64,000 nt of DNA from Tubiluchus corallicola (lineage: Eukaryota; Animalia; Priapulida). The DNA is taken from the NCBI GenBank assembly GCA_030141605.1, contig JAQGDQ010000091.1:372001-436000 (forward strand). Reading direction: 5' to 3'. Shown in pieces: positions 1 to 14,984 of the stretch. The notes under the pieces were generated by a model. It was given only the letters and a program-made list of their open reading frames with translations. It made no database searches and was not told the origin of the DNA. The position numbers and the translations under genes are program-made. Every line of letters starts with the position of its first letter. Within the stretch, counting starts at the first letter, position 1.

Positions 1-3000
1 TGCAAACGACCAAGGAAACATATACCTAAATAAGCAAAATTTACACTTTTTGCGCAATAATGCTTCTAGTTTAGTAATATAAGAATTGCACTTTAACATT
101 GTTAATTGTGAAATAAAAAGCGGCCGAAACGTTTTAGTGCTAGTTATATAAATTAATAAAAAGAGAGGCAGGTTAAAAGCCACATTATTATTTCATGTCA
201 TGCCAACTTAAACATTTTTTTCTGAAACTTAAATGTTTTAGGTTTTCGTATATACGTAAAAAGCAGTATTTACTCTCAGAAGTAAGCCGTTTTTTGAGTC
301 GGAATACTGTTATTAATAACATGTTGTACGATGCTAACACAATTTTTAGATCGAACACTTTTAAGTCATGGCAAAGAATTTTATATATATACTCTAACTA
401 ACATTTTCTTGTTAATACGCTTACTATATTTATAAATTATAATTATAAATAGACCTATAATATACTTATATTATAAATAAATAAGCTTACTGAGTTTTTT
501 ATAAACCAACTGTGTGAGTTTTTACCTGTGCTTTATATTTATTTTTCTTTTATGGACTTTAGATGTCTGAAATAAAATTAAAGGCGAAACAACGTTATAT
601 TTTCAGAATTTTTTAATGTTCATTGTATGCCAAAGTATTTTCTTTTTGGCGTGTACGTACTGTAGTCAGTCTGTTCTAGGCACTAAAGTAGATTTACTAT
701 ATAATTTTTATAAATAAACGAAAACGATCATAAGCAGGTGTGATATTTTTCTAGCTATCATTAAGCCAACTGGTGCTTTTCTATACTTATATTTATACAG
801 ACATCTGTTTGTTATTTAAAAATATTAAGTATAAATAAATCGTTAAACGTTATTAATCAATTTGACTAACTGATTTAGAATTACTGTATGTGTTTATCGT
901 TAAAAAGTCACTTGCTGTTTAAAATTTTGCATTACCAGCTTCAAATTAATACAGTATGGCGTAGCTCGTTAACGTACTACAGATATTTGTGTAATACTTT
1001 TATAAATTATTTATAACATGATTTATAACATGGTTTATAAATTTAATGCATTAGATTATTTTAAGTACTTGACGCATTACTATTTAACCAGTTTTTAAAT
1101 CACAACCAAGTTTATAACAGAATACCATTTCTACATATGTATCTTACAACACGAAATTTTTCTTATAAATTTTACTTATATTATAATAAATCTTTTAATT
1201 ATTGTTCTAATAAAGAACGATTTAAGTTTTTGAAGTTGTGCAATATTAATACAAGTAAATATAAGAAGCCATAATATATGCAGATATCAAATGACTGTTG
1301 CATGATTATAGGTGGTATATATGATGCAAATTTCCAGGCTCATTTTTATTACCAAAAAAGCGATTGTTCTTTGAACACACAAGTCTGTCGGCAAAGATTT
1401 GGAGAGTTTTGTAGTCTCACAAAAAGGCTCATTACTCAGGAAGTTGAAGCATGTTGTCATCTTGAAGTGGTTAGACTCGTGTACATTTCAGCACGCGAAG
1501 CCAATGTGCTCCACATGTTCTTCGAAGATAATCAAGGCAGCACGGTGTGTGAGGGACCTAATCTCGGGCAAAATATCGCCAGTTGCCCACGTGTTTTTGT
1601 GGAAAGGAATTTACCTCATATGTTGTTCGTTTAGGCTTCAGACTGTACAATACATCTAGAAGATTCTTGAGATGGGGATTCAACGTGGGGCATAGATGCC
1701 AGACTAAAACTGAAGCCATGAGTCAGCTGAAATTTAAAATGGGGTTAACGCTTATTTTCAAACACGTGGGCGTGGTCAATGAATTTTGCCAACCTAGGCG
1801 TAGTTAATTATAATTATGAGATACTGAAGCATTTTGTTCGGCTGTATTATAGAACAAAAAATTACTTAATGTTTATACGTCTGTAAATTATTTGATCTCA
1901 CTTGCACCTTTGTGGTGTTTTTCAGAATTCATAATTACGAGTGAAAATATAGTATAGAACAGCAATTAAACTAAAATTCAGCTGCTAGAATACGCTTCCT
2001 TTGTTATAATTAGAAATTTCTGTACAACGTATTTTTTCCAGTTTAATTAGGCGTTTGTTCAGGTGCCACAGTGCGCCTCAGGCATATACCCAGGCAAAAC
2101 AACTTTCCGAAAATTACAATATTTTTGGATGTGGCTATTAAATCTCTTATTCGTCAAACACACATAATTCATGTTAAACCTAAAGGAGTGCAAAGACTCC
2201 ATGAACATGAGCAAAAATGACTGTTTTAGATCGTCAGCTAAATATTCGATCTGCTTCCTTCATAAATGCATAAAACATTAAACAATTAAATAATCGATAA
2301 TAATTATATCAAATATGTGATTTATTCAAATTGCTTACCATGTGGAAAAGTAGCAAAAACTGAGATGCAAAAAATAAAATAAATAAATGTAGTAGTAACT
2401 TAATTTTGAAAAAAATTATTAATGTGTTGTATCTTATTTGTTTTTGGCAATCTAATAAACAACGTAAATTATTTATTTCAGCTGATGGTAGTTTTCGGAA
2501 TGACCTAAATTTTCCCAAGCTCATTTTCATCCTCTTGCTTTATGGACGCTGATTAATGATGACTTACAAGTCAACGTGAAAAGGTCGCTTATGTACTTCT
2601 GTTTGCCTTTTCTCTTCCTTTATCTGTCTGTTATTGTTTTTAAACGCCTGCAAATTGGCAGAGCATAATTGGCCATTAACAGCTCGTTGTTTTTTATTGA
2701 TGATCCGCAAATTGACAGACAATAATTAACAATGTACACGTCATTATTCATTATTGTTTTATTCACTCATCTCCTGATTAGCGTCCTGGTAAGTAACTCT
2801 TTACCAGTTGCATACAGAAGACGAGAGGTTGTGCTCCAGTGCCCTGTTGCGCAATAAACGGGCGGTGGGAAATATCCGGTAAAAGAGCCGCCTTTGGGAG
2901 AGTCAAACAAGGGGGAGGAGAAGCTTTGCTCTCCCACGGGTAATTTTCCCTGTGAGGCTACGTGTTACAGGCCTATGCTGGATAATATAAAAATTCTAGC

Positions 3001-4190
3001 TTATACATATGGTTGCCACATTGTGGACTTTGGTGGCATCTTCCATGCACCTACGAATCGGAAGATGACTCGGATCAAAGTTGGGTTACGAAAAAGGTGA
3101 AAAATCCTCAGGTTGCCACAGACTTTATCTGCATCTCTACAGTTCGTGTCTTAGACACGTGTTCACCACATCTTGGCATTCTGGTACCCACATGGAGGAT
3201 CCGCTCACGTGCAACCTTTTAAACGTCTTCTACTGAAAATTCCGTCTGGAAAGCAGCCGGCGTAATTAAACCAACCTAAAAAGGCTAACGCCCTACCTGA
3301 GCAGGCCAACTCTCCCGCTTTAAAAAGTTGAAGACAATAAACTACAAATAATATAGAATTCACCGAAAACTACACGAATTTCCAGATGTATAAGACTTTA
3401 AGGTCTTTCATAAAAATGTGTGGGTTTTAAATTTGCTACATAAAAAAGACAGAAACAGAACATTAATTTATCGTCGCTCGTTAACAGACAACACTAACTG
3501 TCCTGCTGCTGACTAGACTCGAATTCATGACTCTGCGGTTGCGTATTGTTTTGTCTTGATGTCGGCGGATGTTTCAAAAGAGCAACAACCAGTATTAAGC
3601 AACACTAATGCACCACAAACTGTTTTGGTAAACCAAATGTTATATAAATTTTTTTTCGGTTGCATAACAAGTGATGATGAAGGTTCTAACAGAGAAAGCG
3701 GTCATATACGGCAAGGTTTTAGGTTGATCACTTCCATCTAGATTAGTGCTCTATATTTAGAAAAAATAAAAAAACATTGATTTTTCGCAATAATAAATTT
3801 ATAAACTGGCTTGAAAACTGTTTTTTAGCACTTTTTAAGATTCTACAGTAAACACTTTGTTTGGAACTCTGACAAGTTTTTAAGTAATTCTCTTCTTTTT
3901 CGGAAAACAACGGAAGCTCTAAAGCTTTTAGAAGCTTTAAAAGGGAAGAAGGAAGCTGATGAAACTGGAGAAATACAAGAAACGGAAAGATAATGAAAAT
4001 GAGAAACGCTGAAAGATAAAATGGTACGAGAAAAACCGGGGAAAGGCCGATAATATAAATAACTGCTTATTTTTAACAAGCAGTGCAAAAAATAAAAGAA
4101 CGAGAAAATTAATTTCACGCAAGACACCAGAGAAGAAGGGGAGGGAGGAAAAGAAGAAGAGTGAGGGGGGAAGAAATTAAGAAAAGAAGT

Positions 4191-4193
<3 letters not shown>

Positions 4194-4232
<39 letters not shown>
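4194..4232. repeat. (AG)n microsatellite
   Basis: Perfect dinucleotide run. Confidence 0.95.
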
Positions 4233-4234
<2 letters not shown>

Positions 4235-6786
4235 AAGTAAAGATAAAGTCACAAGTAGGTTACCAAACTAATTAAACTTACGCTGATTTTCCTGATTTTT
4301 AGCCAAACGATTATGAACTTATAGCTGGCATTTTTATACGCACTCAAGTGATTATCCGTTTAGGGACAAAAATTTTCGAAGGAATAAAATAATAAAAACA
4401 CAATCCTTGGAGGTGCTTAAACAAACGTTTTGTGTTATTGAGGTTGCAAATTTTGAGTTGTAATAGCTAAATTATATCGGGTGGACAAAGAAGTAAACCC
4501 TTGCCATGAAAATGAATACATGGACTACCAAATTTTAAATGAAAAATATTGAAGGAGATTAATGTTTTGAAATTTTTAGACAATTTAAACAAAAATGTGT
4601 AAGGTTTATGAAGGAAAAACATAATTTACTTTAGCCTTTCCATTTAACGGTTCAATATGTTTTCTTGAAACTTTAATTACTTTTTCCAACGAGGCCTGAA
4701 ATGATCAAAAATTTTATTGGCAATACAGTCATACAAATATCACGTACAATAAAGACAGATAATTATACTGAAATCTATTTTTTCTTTTTATGGGCTTGAT
4801 TACAATACCAATTTATCCGCAGCCAGTTTGCCTGTAAATTTTTCTAATGGATTCCAAAGCTTCTAAAAGTTCTTTTCCTAAAGGCAAAACTAAACTTATA
4901 ACAGCTAAGATAACGGTTACTATTTTCTATTTATTTTCACAAAAAATCGTGTACGTTTTCTATACATAGAAATACCAATGAAATGCATTTTAGTACTACA
5001 CAATGTATATCACGTTACTTAAAATTAAAAACGCTCATAAAATACATCAAAAACTGTTGCTTAGTGAGTGTTACCCACTCTCACCTGCAGCTAAGCTGCG
5101 GTTTATCAATCTTTTTTGTAAGATCGTCGTAAGGCACTTTGCGAAACAATAAATCTTACTTAATTTTGCGATTCTTCGTAAGAACGATTGTATGCAAAAA
5201 CTGTTCCTAAGATCGTTGATATATCGCCCCTGGTTTTGTGGTAAAGGAACTATTATAATAAGATGCAAGCAAAACAATATCAGTGTTTTTCAGGCGCAAC
5301 ACGATGCCAACGTTTATATAAGTTACAAGCGTGGGATCGCCCAGACCCTATGTCAATAATGGTCACAAGATTTTAGATCAAAGAGCCGCTATCAAGTGGG
5401 AAGCTGACCTCTGCTGACCACTGTTACTAACTGACCCACATATCAACTAAAAAATAATAAATTCGGGTAAAGGCGGTTTTATGGTTAGAAACACAGCTTC
5501 GATTAAAAACCAATAGTTTCAAGGAATTTCGTTCGTTGTCATAATTGTTGTATCTTAGGTACTGTGGGATGTCATCTCTTTTTGCTTCTTTACGGCCATT
5601 GATTTTAAGTAATGCAATAATTGTACTGACCGGAAAATATGTGATCTAAGTAAACTGTATATTTGGGAATACAATGAAAACTCCACGAGCAACTACACAC
5701 AAGTACCAGTAAAAACCCTTAATTTTAATATTCTATTTACAGTGAAGCAAATAGCGTGATATTGTAATCACATTTCTAGTACGTAAATTACAATATAATA
5801 TTTTATATTATATACCCAGATTGTTTTCTAAGCACCTGACTTGATATTAACGGATGTTAATTTATCTTCACTTACATCAGAGAGACAAATAGATCTGGCA
5901 TATTATATGCAATATCATGTATATTGTACTCAGATCACCAGCTTTATTCGATGTCATTTCGCTAACATGTTTTATACACCAGCGACAAAAATCTCTATTT
6001 CACCGCAATGAAAACAAACAAAGCGCCTTCTAAAGCTGCTTTAATTCCCGACATTAGCCTACAGTGATGCAGGAACAAGTAACCTTGTAATATCAACTTG
6101 TGCCGCATCTGTAGAAATCATAAGCAAATAATTTAAGCTAAAACGTTTCTTAAACCAGTTAGAGCAATTTGAAGCGAACGAAAAGACTATTTGATTTTAG
6201 TTTAGCTAAAACCGTGTTAAAATATAGCTAAAGTTAGCTAAAATAGTTAAAATTCTATTCCACTCTAAGATTCCTTGTACTCAATGTAATTTATTGAAAT
6301 ATGTGTGTATATTTATTATATGTTATATGTTCATACCATTATATATATATATATTATGGTATATATATATTATATTATATATATATACTTAGTAAAAATA
6401 GAAACGTTATAAATTATTGGCAATATATTACCCATAATGCAATAAAGACTCGAGTTGTAGTCTTAATTGTTTCACGAACTTTTGACGTCTTAAATTATTT
6501 CCTTTTTCTAATTTAAATCTGAAATATAATAAAAATTAATAATACTCACGTACTCTGACAATTTTCGTTTTTTGAACCTTGAAAGTAGAGTAAGCTTTTT
6601 TTTAATTTTCGATATCAAATGAGCGATTTTTCAATTTTATTGACACATTTTGCAAATTCAGTTCTAAATTCAAGTGAACGTGAATTTTGGAGTTAACGTA
6701 TGACAGAGACATTGTACGAGCATATGAAAGGGAAAACGAGCCGACTATAGGCGCCTGACTTGCGTCTCTTTAATGCACAAACGGAA

Positions 6787-7186
6787 GGGGCGGCCCAGAA
6801 AGTCACTTTGTCGAGCTCTCATCTTGCGTCCGTTCGCGTGGGCACCGTATTATTGCGTTCATCTGGAAACCTTCTGAAAAGTGTCAAAGGACCCCTTGAA
6901 AAAGAGCAAAGTATTAGTAGGCGAATGATATTTAGACTCAGTAAGTTTGATTTTTTGCACCTTCGGTGACAAGCACATAAGGTAAGGGTGACCTTCCGAG
7001 AATGCAAATTTTTTCGTAGTGTAATATTTAAACGAAAAGGTGCCTTGCCTGTTTTGCGGCCGCAGTCCATCAGCTTGCGTATATTGTAAAAATGCCATTT
7101 TTTGTGTCACCATTGCATGACTCTATAACAAAAAATGGGTGTGCCGGAAGGTGCTATTTTTCAAAACATGAAATTGTGACCGGCCC
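6787..7186. mobile_element. Possible Harbinger-like MITE remnant
   Basis: Imperfect terminal inverted repeats GGGGCGGCCCAGAAAGTCAC / ATGAAATTGTGACCGGCCC; repeated internal G(T/C)GACCTTCC-like units; GC above the flanks. Confidence 0.35.
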
Positions 7187-10100
7187 TGAAGTTATATTTG
7201 ATGTGTTGTGCTACATATTAAGATTATTGTAACATCGTTACTCTTCTTAAAATTCTCGATGATGTTAATTACCTCCATTTTGAATGTAACTGCTACTTGG
7301 AAGTAGAAGTCATTTCAAAAACACGATATATTTTTTATATTTTCATCGACAGCAAGTACCATTGGGAAAGTAGAACTCCCAGAAAATGTTGACAATCATA
7401 TTTGTCGTTACGGCCTTATATTTTGAAGAACAAAAATGGTTTGTGACAGGATGACCAGTTTTAATGCCAATGAAGCTGTGACACAGATTAATTCTTATTG
7501 ACAAGAATAATGACACTGAAATGTCAATAGCTTGCATTGTGTCCCAATCTGTTCTGTTACTGTGGCCAGTGATTTTATATTTCTGTGTTCTTACCTTGAG
7601 TTTTTCTCCGCTAGTCTGACGTGCTTATCTTTTTTGGTGTAGTACTGTAGGAAACGGATCCCATTTTTATGTATTAATTATATGAACTGCAAAGTTCCAT
7701 GAAAATTAATTCAGCCATTCTAATAATTCGCTGGGATGTTTTCTTCTTTTTTATACTTTTTTGTAGTTCGAAAGTATATAGTGCTTCTTGATTTTTAATT
7801 GTGAGATTTGTTATTCAGGTTATACAGCCGGTTGCAGTGTAAACGTAATGACGTTTCTTAATGGTAATTCTCGGAAAATCTGCAGCAATAATTTTAACAA
7901 TAAGTAAGTTAACTAGTAAGTAATCGACGTTTTTGGTTTAATCCGTATATAAAGTCAAATACGTTTCTCTATTTAAAATTTGTGCTTTTCACAAAATCAG
8001 GCATGTTTTGTCAAAAATGTATAACAATCAATATCAGTCTTGGAAATCATTCAAATCTGTTAGCAGGATGTAACATAAGTTGAACCAGAACGTATGTCGC
8101 AAGTCTAAACCGCTGTTATGTTGACAAGATGTGAGCACATACAAGAAGAGTGTATGTGAAACTAGTCCGTTTTGCGTTGTTTACGAATACGTAGACACAA
8201 ATAAACAAACACGTGCACTTATTGTTGATGTTTGCAAAACTGGGGCACTTTTCGACGAGACACCGGTTTAATTACCAGTAAGACAACATGGTGTCCATTT
8301 TGTACATAATATGTACATAATTTGTACGTAAGTTTAGATTACTAGTTAATTCGTGTTTCAAAAAATAGTCGTTAAGCCTCAAAACTCATCATTTACAGTT
8401 AAATATCAACCGTTAATTATTTACCGTTAAACAAGTCTTATATTTGGAGCCTAAATAGTTTTTGTCAATTAGGTTAAAATGTGCTATTGTCGTCCATGCT
8501 TTGCTAAAAATTCCAGAGCGGTATATACGTAGCTTTTTCGTCTTTTTAGTAATGAAGAAGAGGAAAAACAACGTCTATGCTACTTCGTTATTTTTAGTAA
8601 AACCAGAGGTTCATTGTCCGACGTTAGACGTTAGCCCCTTTTCACCTACTTTATTACTATTTTTCATTTATTTTCTGTAGTCAGTCAATCAGTCAGTTCG
8701 TTGTTCGATTGTTCACAATGTGAGTTAGTCAGTTATCTAATTAGTCAGTGGGTCGGCTGACAAGCCGAGATCGCTCAGTTCGGTTGGTCAACGCTAAGTC
8801 GTGCCATTGACATTTATTTACCCCTTTCATTCGTACGTTTCCTCAATTACTTGCTTCACTTCATCTTTCCTTCTTTCTTAATTCCTTTTTTCTTTATTCG
8901 TTTTATTTGCGCTCATTCATTCATTAGTTTACCCTTTTGTTTGTTCGCGCATTTATTTATTTTTCTTTCGATTGTTTGTTAATGTATTCGTTCGTTTGTT
9001 TATTGGTTAACTGCTTTGTCGTTGGTTGATTCGCTGGTTCGTTCGTTCATTCATTTATTCATTCATTTCAGCTATTCAATTAGGCAAATGGCTGTTATTT
9101 AATTTAGGGCGGTTAATGCAAAATTGGCAATAGTCCTTTGATATTGTTGGATTAACATTGGTCTTCAGTTCTACGCCAATTATGACATAACAGACAACTT
9201 AAAAACAACATTTTTGTTTGCCTTGTCTCAATAATAAGCAGTAAGAAGTTAAAAATAGATAACAAAACAAAAACATCTAGACCTATAAAGTGAAATCAAT
9301 CGGTTCAGTTTCCGCTTCGTGTACCTTTGAGGATTTCGCGTAAGCCTGCAGCTCATTAACGACTTTGCAATCTGATTCAGAAAGCTACTTGGGCAAAACG
9401 TGGATTTCATTAAAGCGACCGAAGGGTATGGTGCTTTAGAGATGACGTATTTACGAGCACCAAGATGCTATAACGGAAGTTTTTCTAAGCGTTTCAGAGC
9501 TTGAGGAAGAGAAAACACCAGCTTTACTTTGAGGAGATCTTTGTTAATTAAAGGATTCTAATACAGAACGCTGTAACTGTTTTGCGGTTTTCCAAATAGA
9601 AAAATATCTGTTAACATTCTATATAGATTTTTGAGTGAGATATTTTGAAGCTAGCAAAACATTGTCGTCGAGCGGAACCGATTACGTCACGATGAGCTTG
9701 AAAAATAAGTCAAGCCGGGCGGCGCTATCCGAAATAGGTAATTACAGGTGGCTTCAAAATACTTCCATAGCCCATTATAATATACCTGCGTATATAACGT
9801 TTGGGCTAGAAGAGGGGACAGAATTGTAAGACTAACAAAACTCAAGTACAATTTTTATAAATTCATATTTATTTGTGTTTGTAAATAACTTACATTATAT
9901 TATTATAGATTACTTACGTTACCTTTCGCTAGATTATAAAAACTTACGTAAGATTATTGATATGGCTTACAATTATTGAGCACATGTTTCTCTAAAAATA
10001 AAGATAAAGAAATCACTGAATAGGGAATGATGTCGTTGAACGAAGGATGATCGTATTTATCGTAACTTGTATGCGATCATGCAAAAAGTAAGCTTTGCCG

Positions 10101-13100
10101 GACAAGATTTCATTAACGCTGAAACCTTTGACCTGATAAATGTCGCCATTGATAGAGCAATGACTGGGCTTTTTGTGTCTTGGTTCAACGGCACATCTGG
10201 GCTTTCAATATATTATTGATAGTGTGTAAACCATCAATTTTCCAAGATAGCATTATAAAAGGCCGAGAATGAGGGAATTTAACATGTGGTTACCGTGTGT
10301 GTTAACGTGCGTGTGTATTAGCCCCAAACACGGGGGCGGAAAAGATATTAGCATCAGAAGATGCGACCAAAGTCAGCCTTTTGATTAGCCTATCCTTCAT
10401 TTTGTTTTCCCAGGCTTTTTGCAATGACAATCCTTAAAGTTCATGAGCTAATCCTCACTATGAAATCATCCGGCAGATGCATAATATAACAGTGAAAGAG
10501 AAAAAAGAACCGTGCAATAAATATGCGCAGACAAAATAACGCCATAAAGTCAAATCCGTCAGTAACCATTTGAATAGAGCTAATTTAAACAGACAGCTTT
10601 TCAACACCTAATAATGAGTAATACGGATGCACTTGTTTCGAATCCTATTTCCCAAATTGGGCAAAGTGTTGACAGCGTATACATATATGGCTTGTTTTAA
10701 AGACAGCAAGTGAAATTCTGAATCATCAGTTCCTGACCTGGGAATGGCGCACATGAAACTAAACAATATGTGTAATACGAACAACAGGTGTATATTATAA
10801 AGCTTTGAGCAACTAAGCCTGTATTACAACTGTAACTCTTCCCTGTAAATCGCTAACCCAAATTATTATTTTTTGGGATTTGCCTGTTTACTTGTTTTGA
10901 AATAAAACTGTGATTTTCTGGAACAGCGCAGCCTTGATCCCTGTATTCATTCTCACGCCTTCGCCCCTCGTTAGTCTCACATCACGGCGCCTCTATGTCT
11001 ACTATAAAGTTACCTAGCCGTCGCAGGTGCAGGGAATTTTCCCACCAAGTCCAGAAGCAATTAAACCTCCCCCGAGGTGCCGGCGTATTGTTTTTATAGA
11101 AAGTCAATACCGCTGTTGAAATTCCGATAGTTTGTCGAAGAGTGAAAAGATTTCCCCGGTCAGTTTTTATGAATTAATTTAATCAAAAATTGTGTTTTTA
11201 ATGCATTGAAAGTTGACTACGCCTTACAAAAATCCTAATCAACAAAAAAATTCAAATAATGTGGTTACTATTGAAAGACGGCAGGCCTTTAAAAGTAAAT
11301 AAATGTTTAAGGAATTTGACAAGTGAGTAGGCAATCTGAGTAGGGCATCTAAAAGGCATTCTGAACCTAGTGTGATTACAAATAATAAAGTTAACTTAAC
11401 TTACAAGTTGAAACTTCAACTTGTTTTTTAATGTATATCATTCAAGCATCAATGGTCGTTGGATTTAAATACGAGAACAGGCATTTCCAAAAGCATTAAG
11501 TTTGAGTCTTTAGTTTCTTTGTAAGTAAGAATTATAATTTTAAACGTTGTACTTTTGCTTCATTATTATTGACGTCTCAATAGAAAGACCGCTTGAAAAA
11601 AATTATAATTTGACTGATGGTATGGTGTAACGACAAGCATTTTATGAGCATGCAATAACAAGATTCTTTAGGCTAGTTAGTGACAGCAATTACTCTCCTG
11701 CTGAATTTACACAAACAAACTGTTTTGGTACTGGATGTTGTTGTCATCAGCGTGCAGTCATTGTTAATCAGCACGTCCTTGATATTCGATATGGCAACTG
11801 ACGCAGACTGGGACATTTCCAAAATATTTCCCATATCTTTGTTTGTTTATTATGTATTTAATATATTTATTATGGTACAGAAGCTTGCAAATGAGTTTAT
11901 ACGTTAAACATGCGCCCAGACAAACAGTTTTTGTAGTGAGTTTTTACAAGTCACGAAGAAGCCAAAATTCTTGCAGTTTTCAGAATTAAACTTTTTCAAA
12001 TAATATATGTGGTGCTTGTTGAAATGGATCCATAGTTTTCTGTACACTTTTCGGCAAAGTTTCCAAAATATCAGAACATTTTGCTAGGCCAGACGATCTC
12101 GTTTGTATAAATAAAACATGGTTTCGTTTATGCACTGATGTTTAAAATTAAAACAAAAAAATCTAGTGATTTCTAAATTATTTTATATCCGAAAGTTTTA
12201 TCTGAGCACAAACTGAAATCTCTTTTTGCATGGGGTGTTTAAAATATATTAAAATGATGCTTTTCAAAGATGTATCTACATATAACCACTGCATGGATTT
12301 GGCCGTGCGATTATAACATAAACACGAAAGAAAGTCTGCAGTAAAACACAGAAGAAACTCTTTCTTTAATACCAAGGTTCCAGATTTTAAAAATCCCCCG
12401 TCAATATGCTGAAATTGAAAACATTGAAAACAATAAAAGTAACTGACTAAAATTAGCCAAAATATTAAAACATTTGCATTAAAGAGAGAATAAATAAATA
12501 ACAAGCATGGTTGTTTTACGTTTGGTTACTTACTATGACTGCCCTCTGGGATCTATAGGCAGATTTACAAGTTATATAACTCTGTTTATTTTTAGGTTAT
12601 TCAGCCTTTACACTCTTTAAGGCAACGTTTTATTATTTTAGCTATTTTTGTTTCAGTTGCTTTTATTATATTCCATATTTAAATGTTAGAACCTTGATGA
12701 GGGATTTTTAAAACTTGGTATTAAGGAAATTACATTGGGTTTACAGTGTCTATGTTATAATATAGGTAGCAGTTTATAGGCAAAGCAACTTGTGTTTTGC
12801 CTCACAAGACGTTAGTGAGTCGTAAACACACGTCTTCCCAATAACGCACATTTATTTTTTTTCCGGTGTACATTATGGACGTCATCTTGAAGCCTACCAT
12901 GATACCATCATGCGATTTATTCATATTTTCCTGTCAGCATGTTTTGGTATTGCCAATTACTTGAATACAGCGGCATACCAAACGTCTGTTGACCACGTGT
13001 TTTCCACCGTGGCCGAGATTTTTATCACCAGAATTTGCTTTTTTAAGATGTACAGAAGGCAACCATATTTTTGTAATTTTTACAAGCTAATCGGCATGGA

Positions 13101-13349
13101 TTTCGCCTCGCGTGGGCGGCATTTCTTGAGACGACGTACTGTACTATATTACTAAGATGTTCACGTAACAAATAGCAGGAACGGAATCTTCACGTTATTC
13201 GAAGTTAAGACGCTCGTCGCCGCTTCTTCCTGAGTGTCGTCGTAGATTTAATCTCAGAAGCGAACTGTATCTTGGCAGTGTTGCACGAGGAATGGGGGCT
13301 TTACATTTTCTTAGGCGCCGCCGAATAACTTGAACCGATATGTGTTCTT

Positions 13350-14130
13350 ATCAATTCAGTTCAATTTAATTCACATTTCTATTTCAAATTTTGAGTCATA
13401 GGTCCCTATTATATATTTATAAGACATTAAAATTACATACTAAAACCTAAAACTAAAAATTACCGAAATTACAAGAAACAGAAAATACAACTACAAAATA
13501 CGCAGACACAAGAAACATTGCTATTTATATAATTATAATAAAAGACAATGTATACGAAACCCGTTCACTAAAATAAAGACTAACATAGTCACTACAATAA
13601 AAACGCGTTACAGCATCGCCGTTTAAAGGACAATATACGTACGCCTGTATATATGCACTTAGTAAATTATGCAACTTATTAATAAAATGTGATTTGTAAA
13701 ACCGTCACTCATTTTTAAGGTTACAAATAATTAATTTTAAATGCCAGACAGTAATCGATGCCGGATACTATATGGTGCTTTCTTTGAACACGAGAAAATT
13801 TGCAGGAGTCTAAGAGTGGTATACACTGGCATACCATATATATCATCACATATCAGAAACACTGCAATCAATATAAACAATTTTCTGATTCCTTTATTTT
13901 TTTAAACAACTCTTTTTAGTCTATTGAGTACACCAATATTGTAATTAGTAGATAACACTTTTAATACACATTAGTACAAGTTTTGAAAATCAGTTGAGCC
14001 AAATTTTCTAATTAAGAACTCTACTCTCAGTGTCTGACAAGTCTGATTTTTTATATCAGCATTGTGATAGAAATTCGCAAAGATTATATTGCCCAGATAT
14101 TTTTCCTCTTGGCTTACGGGAAGCATACGG
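13350..14130 (-). mobile_element. Degraded non-LTR retrotransposon 3' fragment (possibly RTE-X-like)
   Basis: EKYLGNIIFANFYHNADIKNQ..LIRKFGS matches the RT thumb-region pattern KYLGxII..D.DI.RQ..L.RKF; disrupted downstream; ends in a (TGAAT/TGAAC)-like tail near 13350. Confidence 0.55.
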
Positions 14131-14199
14131 CCACTTAAAAATGCTTTAAACTGCAAGGCACAAAATCTTTGAACAAGCGTGGTAGAAACGAACGTTTGA

Positions 14200-14960
14200 C
14201 ACAAGAAAGTTTGGTGCCGGTAAGTTCGGTACCGGTAAATTTGGTACGTTTGGTACTGACAAAATATGGTTCAACGAATTCTTAGTATACGGAAATTTTT
14301 GTGAAGGTAAACTTAGTAACTATGATTTTTAGGTACAAGGAATTTTTGATGTTATGGAAAATCTATTATAGGGAATATTTGGTAGAAGGATGACTTGGCA
14401 ACATGGATGTTTAGTACTAAGAAAGTGTAGTACTACGAAAATGTGATACTGGGAAAATTTCAAATTAGAAAAGTTTGGTACTAAACAGAAAAGAGAGTAT
14501 TTCTATATCTCATTACAAAATAATTACAACAAAAACAGCAGTGAAAAAACAAATGTAACGATGATGATGATGATGATGATGATGATAATGAAGATGACAT
14601 TAAAGAAGCGAAACAAACAAACACCTACAACAACAATGACATTTAATGAAATAACGAACAACAGACAAACAAATAAACGAACAAAAACCACAAAACAAAT
14701 AAAATAAAGCGCAACAATATGAACATCTATAACTTTCGCAAGTGGGTTATATAAAACATATGTTCGTAGTGCGGAGTTTCTGTTGTGCCAAATTTTCTTT
14801 ATATCAAACTAGTACCAATCTTTTCCACTACTAAGATTTCCTAGTCCCAAAACCAGTTCCATACAATTTTTATCTAGTACCAAATTTACTTGTACTAAAA
14901 TGCTTGACAAAACTTCGCCAGTACTGTATTTGCCAGTACCACATTTTCCCTGTACCCAGA
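14200..14960. mobile_element. Foldback-like element with modular inverted arms
   Basis: Left arm (14200-14485) is a degenerate tandem of AAATTTGGTACT-like units; right arm (14780-14960) carries the reverse complement AGTACCAAATTT-like units; simple-repeat spacer between. Confidence 0.6.
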
Positions 14961-14984
14961 GCTAAAATGTTCATGTTTATTAAG

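Noticed and set aside
7290-7830. Possible Penelope GIY-YIG remnant (HPVTNHF)
   Set aside because: One weak motif only.
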